Source: Flavobacteriales bacterium
GTDB lineage: Bacteria > Bacteroidota > Bacteroidia > Flavobacteriales_F > PHOS-HE28
Assembly (NCBI GenBank): GCA_044347005.1
Contig: JBIIYD010000001.1
Location: forward strand, 6,158 to 70,157
DNA length: 64,000 nucleotides
Direction of reading: 5' to 3'
Position 1 is the first letter of the stretch, and each line of letters starts with the position of its first letter. The position numbers were made by a program, and so were the translations under genes. Shown here piece by piece: positions 37,213 to 46,366 of the stretch. Under the pieces are notes generated by a model that saw only the letters and a list, made by a program, of their open reading frames with translations, was not told the origin of the DNA and searched no databases.

Positions 37213-37974
37213 CTACCACCCGCTCACCAGCAACCTCCTCGCCCCGTTGATTCCGCATTTCTGGTACTGGTCATAAGCCTTCGCAGCCCGCTCACGAATG
37301 CTTTCGTTGGGTTCGCGGGCCACCCAGCCGTTGAGGGCCGCTTTCAGGGTGTAGGCCTCTGGTGCCATGAGTCCGGTGGTCCAGAGCAGGGGTTTGGCGC
37401 CAGTGCTGCGCAGGGGTTCCGCGAAGTAGCGCTTGCTGATGCAGGCCAGGATGATGGTCTCGCGCGTGCCATGACCGGTGGTGGGGAATTCCTTGTCGAG
37501 GGTGAAGTCCATCAGGCCATCGTGCCCCACGTAGGCGATGAGTTGCGCGGCACCACCGGCCTTGATCACGGTGCCATCCGCCGTGATCTTCAGGGGACCA
37601 GCACCGCTGGCGAAGCGCAGGAGGTCTTCGGTGGCCTCGCGGATGTTGCGGCCATCGTAGGCATCGGCCACCAGGTACACGGCGCTGTCCTTGTGTTTCC
37701 AAACCGCGCGGTCCAGGATGTGGACTTCGGTCGCGGGAGTACTTGCCACCCTGATCCATTCCGCCGAACGATCGAAATGCGTTTTCACGCCATAGCCCGC
37801 ACCCCAGTAGAGGTTGGTGCTGGCCTTCTGCCCATTGCCGATACCCGGCGGCACTTTCACGATGCCTTGGTGTTCGTTGTCGCAGAGTGCGACTAGCACG
37901 TGGATGACACGGGGTTGGGCTTGCAGGCACAAGGCCGAAAGCAGGTAAAGGAGGGTCGGGAGCGTTCTGCGCAT
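37213..37974 (-). CDS. Hypothetical secreted protein
   Basis: Signal peptide MRRTLPTLLYLLSALCLQAQ. An alternative overlapping frame (37292-38131) was judged less likely. Confidence 0.45.
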   Translation of the reverse strand: MRRTLPTLLYLLSALCLQAQPRVIHVLVALCDNEHQGIVKVPPGIGNGQKASTNLYWGAGYGVKTHFDRSAEWIRVASTPATEVHILDRAVWKHKDSAVYLVADAYDGRNIREATEDLLRFASGAGPLKITADGTVIKAGGAAQLIAYVGHDGLMDFTLDKEFPTTGHGTRETIILACISKRYFAEPLRSTGAKPLLWTTGLMAPEAYTLKAALNGWVAREPNESIRERAAKAYDQYQKCGINGARRLLVSGW

Positions 37975-38097
37975 GTGCAGGGAATGCCTGGAGGCTGGTT
38001 CTGTAACGATGGGGGCAGGTCCTTTGGTGTCGACCCGAACCTGAGCGGTTCCACCCATCTCCCCTCCCGCATCGCACCTTTGCACATAAGCTGTAAG

Positions 38098-38140
38098 GAC
38101 ATCTCCACATTTCGGAATTCTTCATCTCCACATCTCCATC
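38098..38140 (+). promoter_or_regulatory. Tandem CATCTCCACAT repeats immediately upstream of the marC start codon
   Basis: ggacatctccacatttcggaattcttcatctccacatctccatcATG. The same motif family occurs at 55747-55778 and 56286-56368. Confidence 0.5.
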
Positions 38141-38749
38141 ATGTTCGACCTCGTCCAGATCGGTAAAGCCTTCCTCGTGCTATTCGCGGTGATCGATATC
38201 GTGGGCGGCATCCCCATCATTCTTGAAGTCCGTAAAAAGGCCGGCAAGATCTACCCGGCGCGCGCCACGCTGGTGAGCTTGGCCATTATGGTCACCTTCC
38301 TCTATGTGGGCGAGACCATCCTCGGGTTCCTGGGCCTCGACGTGAACTCCTTCGCCGTTGCCGGTTCGTTCGTGCTGTTCTTCATCGCCTTGGAAATGAT
38401 CCTGGGGGTGAAGCTTTTCAAGGAGGACACCAGTGCCCCGGGCCTCACCCCGCCGGAGGAGGATAACAAGATCTACAGCATCGTACCCCTTGCCTTTCCG
38501 GTGATCGCCGGTGCGGGCACCATCACCACCATCCTCTCCTTGCGTGCCGAGATCGAACGGCCGAACATCCTGGCGGCCATCGTGCTGAACATGGTGGTGG
38601 TGGTCGTCGTGCTGCTACTCACCAACCGCATCGAACGCCTGCTGGGCCGGGTAGGCCTGATCGTGCTGCGTAAGGCTTTCGGGATCATCCTGCTGGCCAT
38701 AGCAGTGAAGCTGTTCGCGGGGAATATCACGTATTTGTTCCCGCATTAG
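38141..38749 (+). CDS. marC: MarC/UPF0056-family membrane protein
   Basis: MFDLVQIGKAFLVLFAVIDIVGGIPI. Confidence 0.8.
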   Translation: MFDLVQIGKAFLVLFAVIDIVGGIPIILEVRKKAGKIYPARATLVSLAIMVTFLYVGETILGFLGLDVNSFAVAGSFVLFFIALEMILGVKLFKEDTSAPGLTPPEEDNKIYSIVPLAFPVIAGAGTITTILSLRAEIERPNILAAIVLNMVVVVVVLLLTNRIERLLGRVGLIVLRKAFGIILLAIAVKLFAGNITYLFPH

Positions 38750-38766
38750 GGGAAGGATAAGGTGGC

Positions 38767-38815
38767 GTACCGTAAGTCGACCCAGTGGCTCCGATAAATA
38801 TCGGAGGACGGTACA
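38767..38815. repeat. Degenerate REP-like element (gtaccgtaagtcgacccagtgg...ggacggtac) with an internal ctccgata/atcggag hairpin
   Basis: Shares the gtaccgt-gtcgaccc and cggtacag ends with the 4532 and 6759 elements. Confidence 0.6.
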
Positions 38816-38886
38816 GTTACCCTGTGGGACTTTTCATGGAGTAAGGAGATGGTACACCGACGTTCGTGCGATCTACATTCGCGGCG

Positions 38887-39363
38887 ATGCACGTAACGAT
38901 CCATACGGACGGCGCTGCCAGCGGCAATCCGGGCCCCGGGGGCTATGGCGCTGTGCTGGAGGCGGGCAAATACCGCAAGGAATTGTGGGGAGGATTCCGT
39001 CGCACCACCAACAACCGCATGGAACTGCTGGCGGTGATCGTGTCGCTGGAGGCGCTTAAGAACCCCGGCATGGAGGTGACCGTGGTGAGCGACAGCAAGT
39101 ACGTGGTGGATGCGGTGGAGAAGGGCTGGGTGTTCGGCTGGGAGAAAAAGGGCTACGCCAAGAAGGCGAACCCCGACCTCTGGAAACGTTTTCTGGTGGT
39201 GTACCGCAAGCACAAGGTGAAGTTCCAGTGGGTGCGCGGGCACAACGGCCACCCTTTGAACGAACTGTGCGATCGATTGGCCGTGGCGGCCAGCCAGCAA
39301 AAGGAGCTGGAGGTGGACGCGGGCTATGAGGCACAAGCGGCTGGTGGGATCTTCGAGGAATAA
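38887..39363 (+). CDS. rnhA: Ribonuclease HI
   Basis: [17 protein letters not shown]...NNRMEL...[18 protein letters not shown]. Confidence 0.9.
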   Translation: MHVTIHTDGAASGNPGPGGYGAVLEAGKYRKELWGGFRRTTNNRMELLAVIVSLEALKNPGMEVTVVSDSKYVVDAVEKGWVFGWEKKGYAKKANPDLWKRFLVVYRKHKVKFQWVRGHNGHPLNELCDRLAVAASQQKELEVDAGYEAQAAGGIFEE

Positions 39364-39566
39364 CAAGATCAACGCAAAGGCACAGAGGGGACGCAGAGGG
39401 CGCCGAGCTTAGGACGCAAACCATCCAAAGCAATTGGCATTCCTCCTGCGCCTGTGTCTATGATCCTGGCCTTTGAGTTCTCTGCGCACTCTGCGCCTCT
39501 ACCCTCTGCGTTGCGTCTTTCCTCAAGCACGCACCATTTCCGGTCCGGATACCGAACTTCGCCCCC

Positions 39567-40079
39567 ATGGCCAAGCAACTGTTCGCCACTGTCAACGGCG
39601 CCGAAGGCGAGATCGTCCTGGAGCGCGCCAGCCCGCATGCCCCTTGGACCCTTGCGGGCGAAGGGCCGGCCGACCTGGTGCGCACGGGGCCCTCGCAATT
39701 CAGCCTGGTGCGCAATGGCAAGAGCCACCGTGTGCTGGTGCTGAAGGAGGACCGTGAGAACAACACGGTGCGCATGCGCATCGGAGGAGCGACCTACACG
39801 GTGAAGTTGCAGGATGAACACAGCCGCCTGATGCAGACCCTCGGACTGGAGAAGACCGGTCCGAAACTGCGGGAGATCAAGGCCCCGATGCCCGGCCTGG
39901 TGCTCAAGATCCTGGTGAAGCCCGGGGATGTGGTGAAGAAGAACGACCCGGTGCTGGTGCTGGAGGCCATGAAGATGGAGAACGTGATCAAGTCACCGGG
40001 TGATGCCGTGGTGAGCGCCGTGTCCGCCGAGCAGGGCAAAGCCGTGGAAAAGGGCCACCTGCTGATCAGCTTCGAGTAG
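39567..40079 (+). CDS. Biotin/lipoyl attachment protein (BCCP-like)
   Basis: LVLEAMKMEN (biotinyl-lysine motif). Confidence 0.75.
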   Translation: MAKQLFATVNGAEGEIVLERASPHAPWTLAGEGPADLVRTGPSQFSLVRNGKSHRVLVLKEDRENNTVRMRIGGATYTVKLQDEHSRLMQTLGLEKTGPKLREIKAPMPGLVLKILVKPGDVVKKNDPVLVLEAMKMENVIKSPGDAVVSAVSAEQGKAVEKGHLLISFE

Positions 40080-40235
40080 GCTTAGGTCGACCTGGCGATC
40101 TCGTTCGTTACCTCTCCAAGTTCGTAGAGCACCGCAACTCGCTTGCACCGGCGTCCGCTTCGTACCTCGCGGCGACAAGCCAGTGCGACCGCAGGTGCGA
40201 TCTTTACACCCCCGCCTAACCCGGGTACAAGACAG

Positions 40236-40640
40236 ATGCGAAAGGACATCCATACGCCCAAGGTGGAAGGCGTTGCCATGGCGGTGGTGCGCGAAAAGGA
40301 CGAAGAAGGGGAGGACGCTTGGTACGTCTATGTGGTGAACCAGCAGGACGTGGCCTTGGAAAAAGTGCTTGTCAGCTCGCGGGGTTACGGCGAGCTGGAT
40401 GGCGAAACGCGCAAGACCAGCGAGATGAGGCACTTCCTGGACACCCTGGAACCACGCAGCTGGGCCAAGATCGAGCGTATCGTGGAGGATGTCTTCGGGC
40501 TGAACAACCAGTATTGGCTGAGCTTCTACATCGGCTCAACACTGCACGACAAGAAGTACATCTTTCTCCCGGACAGCATCCAGGAGGACAATTTCACGGA
40601 GATCCCGCTGATGAACATGCGGGGCGTCATGATCGGATAA
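40236..40640 (+). CDS. Hypothetical protein
   Basis: ORF with a plausible Met start. No domain recognised. Confidence 0.4.
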   Translation: MRKDIHTPKVEGVAMAVVREKDEEGEDAWYVYVVNQQDVALEKVLVSSRGYGELDGETRKTSEMRHFLDTLEPRSWAKIERIVEDVFGLNNQYWLSFYIGSTLHDKKYIFLPDSIQEDNFTEIPLMNMRGVMIG

Positions 40641-40734
40641 AAGGCAAGCTTGTCGCTGATCTTGGAACGACCCTTCCTCGTGCGCATATTTGGAACGCGA
40701 GACCTCATCGTGCAACACGAACCAGCGACCCACC

Positions 40735-41463
40735 ATGCGCACCGACACCGCCCGCGACATTACCAAGATCCTGTTCCTGGATATCGAGACCGTGCCGCAG
40801 CACTACCGCTGGGACGACCTGGACGAGCGCAGCGCCAAGCTCTTCAGCGACAAGACCCGTTTCGAGCAGGAGCGCGGCAGCAAGAGCGCCGAGGAGATCT
40901 ACGGCGAGAAGGGCGGCATCCTGGCGGAGTTCGGGAAGATCATCTGCATCGGCGTGGGAAGTCTGCGGAGCGAAGGCGATAGGCATGGCCTGCGCGCAAC
41001 CTCTTTCCACGGCGATGATGAACGCGATGTGTTGCAACGTTTCGTGGACCTGCTGGACAAGCACTACCACAGCGACGAGCACTGGCTCTGCGGCCACAAC
41101 GGCAAGGAATTCGACTTCCCTTACATCGCACGCCGTTGCGTGGTGCATGGCATCAAGCTGCCCAAGCTGTTGAACATCGCAGGGCTGAAGCCCTGGGAGG
41201 TGGGCCATCTGGACACCATGAACCTATGGAGCTTCGGCGATCGTAAGGCATACACTTCGCTGGCCCTGCTCACGCACATCCTGGGTATTCCAACGCCCAA
41301 GGACGACATCAGCGGTGCCGATGTGGCGCGGGTGTACTACGAGGACAAGGACCTGGAACGCATCGCCACCTATTGCAAGAAGGACGTGGTGGCCACCGCC
41401 CAACTCTACCTGCGCCTTACGGGCAAGGGCCTGGTGCCCGATGAACACATCACCCTGGTTTGA
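40735..41463 (+). CDS. Predicted 3'-5' exonuclease of the RNase H-like fold (PolB-exonuclease-related)
   Basis: ILFLDIETVP...HNGKEFDFPYI...YCKKDV (DEDD-like acidic residues). Confidence 0.65.
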   Translation: MRTDTARDITKILFLDIETVPQHYRWDDLDERSAKLFSDKTRFEQERGSKSAEEIYGEKGGILAEFGKIICIGVGSLRSEGDRHGLRATSFHGDDERDVLQRFVDLLDKHYHSDEHWLCGHNGKEFDFPYIARRCVVHGIKLPKLLNIAGLKPWEVGHLDTMNLWSFGDRKAYTSLALLTHILGIPTPKDDISGADVARVYYEDKDLERIATYCKKDVVATAQLYLRLTGKGLVPDEHITLV

Positions 41464-43175
41464 CCTCGTTGGAACAGCCCCTTCTTGATGTCCGCGACCT
41501 GACGGTGCGCTTCGGCGACAGCGTGGTGGTGGACGCCATCTCCTTCGCACTGCGCAGCGGCGAATGCCTGGGGCTGGTAGGCGCCAGCGGAAGCGGCAAA
41601 AGCGTGACCTCCCTCGCCTTGATGGGCCTCTTGGACAAGCGCCACGCCCACTCCACAGGACGAGCCCTGCTGAGCACCGATGCGGGAACGGTGGATCTGA
41701 TCGCCTTGGACGATGAGGCCATGCGCCGCCACCGCGGAAACGACCTCGCCATGGTGTTCCAGGAACCCATGACGGCGTTGGACCCCGTGTACACCGTGGG
41801 CGAACAGGTGGCCGAAGCGATCCGTCTGCACCTGAAGTTGGACAAGGCAAAAGCGCGCCAGCGGGTGGTGGAACTCTTCACCGAAGTGCAACTGCCCGAG
41901 CCTGCTGCGCTGTATGACCGCTATCCGCACCAACTGAGCGGCGGCCAGAAGCAGCGCGTGGTGATCGCCCTGGCGTTGAGCTGCTCACCGAAGGTGTTGA
42001 TCTGCGATGAACCCACGACCGCGCTGGATGTGCTGGTGCAACGCGAGGTGCTCGATCTATTGAAAGCCCTTCGGAAGAAGTTCAACATGGGCATGCTCTT
42101 CATCACCCACGATCTAGGCGTGGTGCGCGAAGTGGCCGACCGTGCCCTGGTGATGCACAAGGGTCGCGTGGTGGAGGATGCCTCCGTGGAGGAACTCTTC
42201 CGCGCACCGAAACACCCCTACACACAAGGTTTGATCGCGTGCAGACCCGACCCTGAGCAGCACCCGAGGCGACTGCTCACCGTGGACGATGTGATGCGCG
42301 CCGCTGCCGAACCCACGGGAACTATCCCTAACGTACCGGTTGTGACACGCGAGGAACGTATCGCCCATGTACAACACCTGATGCAGCAGGAACCTCTGCT
42401 GCGGGTGGAAGGGCTCAACAAATCGTACCCCGGGGCCAAGGGATTGTTCCGCAAGGCGAAGGACGATGCGCACATCCTGCACGACCTGTCCTTCGCGGTA
42501 TACCCCGGCGAAACGCTGGGCCTGGTGGGCGGAAGCGGAAGCGGCAAGACCACGCTTGGGCGCAGCATCCTGCGTTTGATCGAGCCCACTTCCGGCAACG
42601 TGTTCTACAAGGGCCGCGACCTCACCACCTTGAGCGCGGAAGAGATGCGCCGCCTGCGTCGCGAGTTGCAGATCATTTTCCAGGACCCCTACTCCAGCTT
42701 GAATCCCCGGATCACCGTGGGGGGCGCCATTGCCGAAGCGATGCAGGTGCATGGCCTGGGTGGCGACGATCGCGGAAGGCGTTCGAAGATCACCGCTCTG
42801 TTGGAACGTGTAGGTCTGGAAGCCTCGCACTATGACCGTTTCCCGCACCAGTTCAGCGGCGGGCAGCGCCAACGGATCGTGATCGCGCGGGCCATCGCCT
42901 TGGAACCGCGTTTGGTGGTGTGCGATGAAAGTGTCGCGGCGCTGGATGTAAGCGTGCAGGCCCAGGTGCTCAACCTGCTCAACGAGTTGAAGGAGGAGCA
43001 TGGCCTCACCTACCTCTTCATCAGCCACGACCTCAACGTGGTGAAGTATTTCTGCGACCGGATCCTGGTGTTGGAGAAAGGGCGGCAAGCCGAATTGGGG
43101 CTGTCGGATGCGGTGTACGATGATCCAAAAGCGACCTACACGCGTTCGTTGATCGAGGCGATACCGGGGCGGTGA
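41460..43175 (+). CDS. ABC transporter ATP-binding protein with two fused NBDs (Dpp/Opp/GsiA-type)
   Basis: Two Walker A sites (GASGSGKS, GGSGSGKT). Two signatures (LSGGQKQR, FSGGQRQR). TTG start overlapping the exonuclease stop. Confidence 0.85.
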   Translation: MTSLEQPLLDVRDLTVRFGDSVVVDAISFALRSGECLGLVGASGSGKSVTSLALMGLLDKRHAHSTGRALLSTDAGTVDLIALDDEAMRRHRGNDLAMVFQEPMTALDPVYTVGEQVAEAIRLHLKLDKAKARQRVVELFTEVQLPEPAALYDRYPHQLSGGQKQRVVIALALSCSPKVLICDEPTTALDVLVQREVLDLLKALRKKFNMGMLFITHDLGVVREVADRALVMHKGRVVEDASVEELFRAPKHPYTQGLIACRPDPEQHPRRLLTVDDVMRAAAEPTGTIPNVPVVTREERIAHVQHLMQQEPLLRVEGLNKSYPGAKGLFRKAKDDAHILHDLSFAVYPGETLGLVGGSGSGKTTLGRSILRLIEPTSGNVFYKGRDLTTLSAEEMRRLRRELQIIFQDPYSSLNPRITVGGAIAEAMQVHGLGGDDRGRRSKITALLERVGLEASHYDRFPHQFSGGQRQRIVIARAIALEPRLVVCDESVAALDVSVQAQVLNLLNELKEEHGLTYLFISHDLNVVKYFCDRILVLEKGRQAELGLSDAVYDDPKATYTRSLIEAIPGR

Positions 43176-45029
43176 TCAAGGTACTGCGCGGTGCACCGCC
43201 GTTCGCAGCTGGAGGTCGCGCAGTCGGAAACCGGTTCCGGACAAATTCCAGAGGTAGAGTTTGTTCCTGACCGCCCCGTTCCTTGGTGGAATGCGCATCC
43301 GGATGCTGAACGGACCTTCCTCCAAGGTGTTGGACCAGTAGCTCAATTGGCCATGGTCCGCATCCTCGGTGAAGACCAGGTTCGTAGCACCCTTCCGTTC
43401 GCCATCCCAGGCGATGGACCCCGTGATGAGCAGTTCCGCATACAGCATGCCCGGCACATCCACCGGCAGGTCATTGACCTCGAACGGGAACTCGTTCGCC
43501 CCGAAACACCATCCACCTCCAGCACAGGCCAGCGTGTCCTTGCGGTGCGTGAAGGGCAGCGATCCAGAGAGCCCTTGTTGGAAGAGCACCTTCTCTTCCA
43601 CCGTGCGCTGGCCATCGAATCGCTCGAAGAGGAACACCTCGAAGGCATGCCCGCCCAGCACCTCCATGCGCTCATCGGGAACCAACAGTTCGATCAGGCG
43701 CAGCGTGGTGTCCTGCAGCAGCCGCTCCAACGGCACCCCTGCTTCATTGGGGCCGAAATGGGCATCCCAGACCAGCAGGTCCCCGGGCTGCAGGCCATCA
43801 TCCGGCATCGACTTCCAGGCGCGCTGCGTATCGAAGGGGTCCAGGTCCGCGCGGTAGGCCACATACGGATGGAAATAGATCACCCGTTGGTGGTCCACCG
43901 CTAGCTCCTTTACGCGATCGCCAACGCGGTCCAGGAAGCGTTGATAGGCACCGGCCTGCACCGGAAGTGCCTGCGCGGCAAGCAGGGCCTGCGCGGCAAG
44001 CACGACATACGCTCCCGAGAGTACCAGCCCGACGACCACAGCGACCAAGCGCCCTCCGCTGAGCAAATGCCAGGCACGCGCAAGCACCCACAACGCGAAC
44101 AGCACCAGCAAGGGCATCGAAGTGGCCAGAACGCGCAACAGGCCCAGGGAGCCTTTGGCACCCTGCCACCAGAGCAGGGAGTGTACCACAAGGATGCCCA
44201 CTGCCGGCAGCAGGGCAAGGAGCACCAGGACCCTACGTCGCGTGGCCATGCCGGCGTCCATCGGATGCAGCATGGGAAGTACCAACAAGGATGCACCGAG
44301 CAGGACCAGCAGCGGTATACCGTAAACCAGTTCCGGATGTTGAACGAAATGGGTGAGCGTGCCGCTGCCGTAAATGGCTTCGGCCCCGGTGTAAGGATCG
44401 CGGGTGAACGCCCAGAAGGGTTCGCCCCAGACCAGGGCACCGACCACGGCGTAGATCACATGGCCCACGGCCAACAAGGGAAGCGCATTCCATTGCCGTT
44501 GGAGCGCGAGCCAACCCACCAGCAAGGGAACGACCACGATGTACTCGGGCCGTACAAAAGGCATGAGCGATGCCATCAGGGCGGCCGTGCGATAACGAGC
44601 GTGGTAGCAGGCCAGGACGACCAAGGTCGCAAGCAACCCGAAGAGCACCTCGGTCATGCCTTCCAGCACCATGGTGCCGTACACGGGGACCAACAGCAGG
44701 GCCGGTGCGAACAACCACCGCGACCAAGCAGCCGTGTCCTTGAGCATGCGGTCCGCCGCCCAGGCGGTGGCCACGAAACACAAGGCGTTGAACAGCGTCA
44801 TGCCCCAATGCCCGAGTTGGGCGAAGGGCGAGGCGAGGAGCGTGAACAGCGGCTTGCCCCAATGGTCGAGCAACAGTTCGGGGTGCGCCCACGAATAGCG
44901 GGCGATCTGGTAGTGCAGCACACCATCGCCGCTCTCGAGGATCCCCGGCGACAAGAGCCTGAGCACCACTGCCGCGGCCGCCCAGGTCACCCACCAAAAA
45001 GCAATAGATGCGGTACGTGGTCGTTCCAT
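43176..45029 (-). CDS. Polytopic membrane protein with large C-terminal extracytoplasmic domain (GT-C-like; paralogue of the 49467-51539 gene)
   Basis: ~11 predicted TM helices. C-terminal domain ends ...[11 protein letters not shown], as does the paralogue. Confidence 0.55.
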   Translation of the reverse strand: MERPRTASIAFWWVTWAAAAVVLRLLSPGILESGDGVLHYQIARYSWAHPELLLDHWGKPLFTLLASPFAQLGHWGMTLFNALCFVATAWAADRMLKDTAAWSRWLFAPALLLVPVYGTMVLEGMTEVLFGLLATLVVLACYHARYRTAALMASLMPFVRPEYIVVVPLLVGWLALQRQWNALPLLAVGHVIYAVVGALVWGEPFWAFTRDPYTGAEAIYGSGTLTHFVQHPELVYGIPLLVLLGASLLVLPMLHPMDAGMATRRRVLVLLALLPAVGILVVHSLLWWQGAKGSLGLLRVLATSMPLLVLFALWVLARAWHLLSGGRLVAVVVGLVLSGAYVVLAAQALLAAQALPVQAGAYQRFLDRVGDRVKELAVDHQRVIYFHPYVAYRADLDPFDTQRAWKSMPDDGLQPGDLLVWDAHFGPNEAGVPLERLLQDTTLRLIELLVPDERMEVLGGHAFEVFLFERFDGQRTVEEKVLFQQGLSGSLPFTHRKDTLACAGGGWCFGANEFPFEVNDLPVDVPGMLYAELLITGSIAWDGERKGATNLVFTEDADHGQLSYWSNTLEEGPFSIRMRIPPRNGAVRNKLYLWNLSGTGFRLRDLQLRTAVHRAVP

Positions 45030-45076
45030 GGATGCCCAAAGATGGCGTTCTTCGCACTTCGCGCCACGCGCTTTCC

Positions 45077-46366
45077 ATGACAAGCACCGTGATCCCTTCA
45101 CGATCGGCACAACGGACCGGCCGGGCACTGGCGACCGCGCTGTTCCTGATCACCTTCTTCGTGGGCTGGTATGCGAATGCGTACCGCTTGGATGGTATCC
45201 TGACGCACGGCAGCGACCCCTGGGGCTATTACCAGTTCCTTCCGGCCCTGCTGGGCACGCATGAATGGCTGCACCTGCCGTGGGCCCACGTGCTCGAGAA
45301 CGGCAATTCCATCAGCCTGTTCTCCATGGGAACGGCCATCCTCATGCTGCCCTTTTTCCTGCTGGGTGCCTTGGTGGCGAAGGGCTTGGGCATGCCGGTG
45401 GACGGCTACTCGCTGCCATTCGTGTTCGCACAATTCGCGGCAGCGGCGTTCTACGTTGCGGCCGCTTGTCGACTGCTCTACCATGCCCTTCGCAGGCGTT
45501 TCCCGGCGCGGGTCGCCCTGGTCGTGCCGCTGGTGGTGTACGGCGCCACCAACCTGTTCTTCTACTGCACGCACGAGCCGGGGATGTCGCACGTGTACGC
45601 CTTCTTCCTGTTCGCCTGGCTCTACTACCTCACCGTGCGCATGCTCGAACAAGCACGTGCCGATCGCTTGATCGCGTTGTTCGTGTGTGCGGCCTTGATC
45701 GTTCTGGTCCGGCAATTGAATGCCGTCGCCCTCCTGTTCCCATTGCTGTACGGTGCGCCCTGGCGTGAAGCGCTGCGCCTCCGTTGGCAATGGCTCCGCC
45801 GTTTTCCGGTGGCCGGGGTCACCGGTCTTCTGCTGGCCATCGCATTGGTTGGCCCACAACTGTACTACTGGCATCGGGTAACGGGTGAATGGCTCGTCTT
45901 CACCTATGGCAAGAAAGGGGAAGGATTCACCTGGGCGGAACCCCACCTTTGGGAAGTGCTCTTCAGCCACCAGAACGGGTGGTTCGTCTACACCCCCATC
46001 ATGCTGTTCACCATGGCCGTCCTACTGGTGCGCTCGGTGCGGAACACGACGGACATGCGGCTGGTACTCTTCATCTGGGCGGTGACCTGGTACGTGTATT
46101 CCAGCTGGTGGAGCTGGTGGCTGGGCGGATCCTTCGGTCACCGTGGCTTCATCGAGCATTACGCGTTCCTGTCCATTCCACTGGCCTGGGGCTTGGAGCG
46201 GCTCTTCCGGCGGGGTGTCCTGGTGCGCGATATCGGCACCGCGGCACTGGGCCTGTTCGTGTTCTTCAGCATGCGGCTGACCTTCCTCTACCATTGGCCG
46301 TGGGAAGGGCCGGAATGGAACTGGCAGAAACTCATCGCCATATGGGAACTCGCTTTCACGGGCTGA
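45077..46366 (+). CDS. Polytopic membrane protein (GT-C-like)
   Basis: Hydrophobic throughout. SWWSWWLGGSFGHRGF motif. Confidence 0.5.
   Translation: MTSTVIPSRSAQRTGRALATALFLITFFVGWYANAYRLDGILTHGSDPWGYYQFLPALLGTHEWLHLPWAHVLENGNSISLFSMGTAILMLPFFLLGALVAKGLGMPVDGYSLPFVFAQFAAAAFYVAAACRLLYHALRRRFPARVALVVPLVVYGATNLFFYCTHEPGMSHVYAFFLFAWLYYLTVRMLEQARADRLIALFVCAALIVLVRQLNAVALLFPLLYGAPWREALRLRWQWLRRFPVAGVTGLLLAIALVGPQLYYWHRVTGEWLVFTYGKKGEGFTWAEPHLWEVLFSHQNGWFVYTPIMLFTMAVLLVRSVRNTTDMRLVLFIWAVTWYVYSSWWSWWLGGSFGHRGFIEHYAFLSIPLAWGLERLFRRGVLVRDIGTAALGLFVFFSMRLTFLYHWPWEGPEWNWQKLIAIWELAFTG

Noticed and set aside
37292-38131. Alternative 279-aa frame overlapping the 37213-37974 gene
   Set aside because: His/Arg/Gly-rich translation with no signal peptide, whereas the other frame begins with a canonical signal peptide. 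Only one frame is likely to be real.
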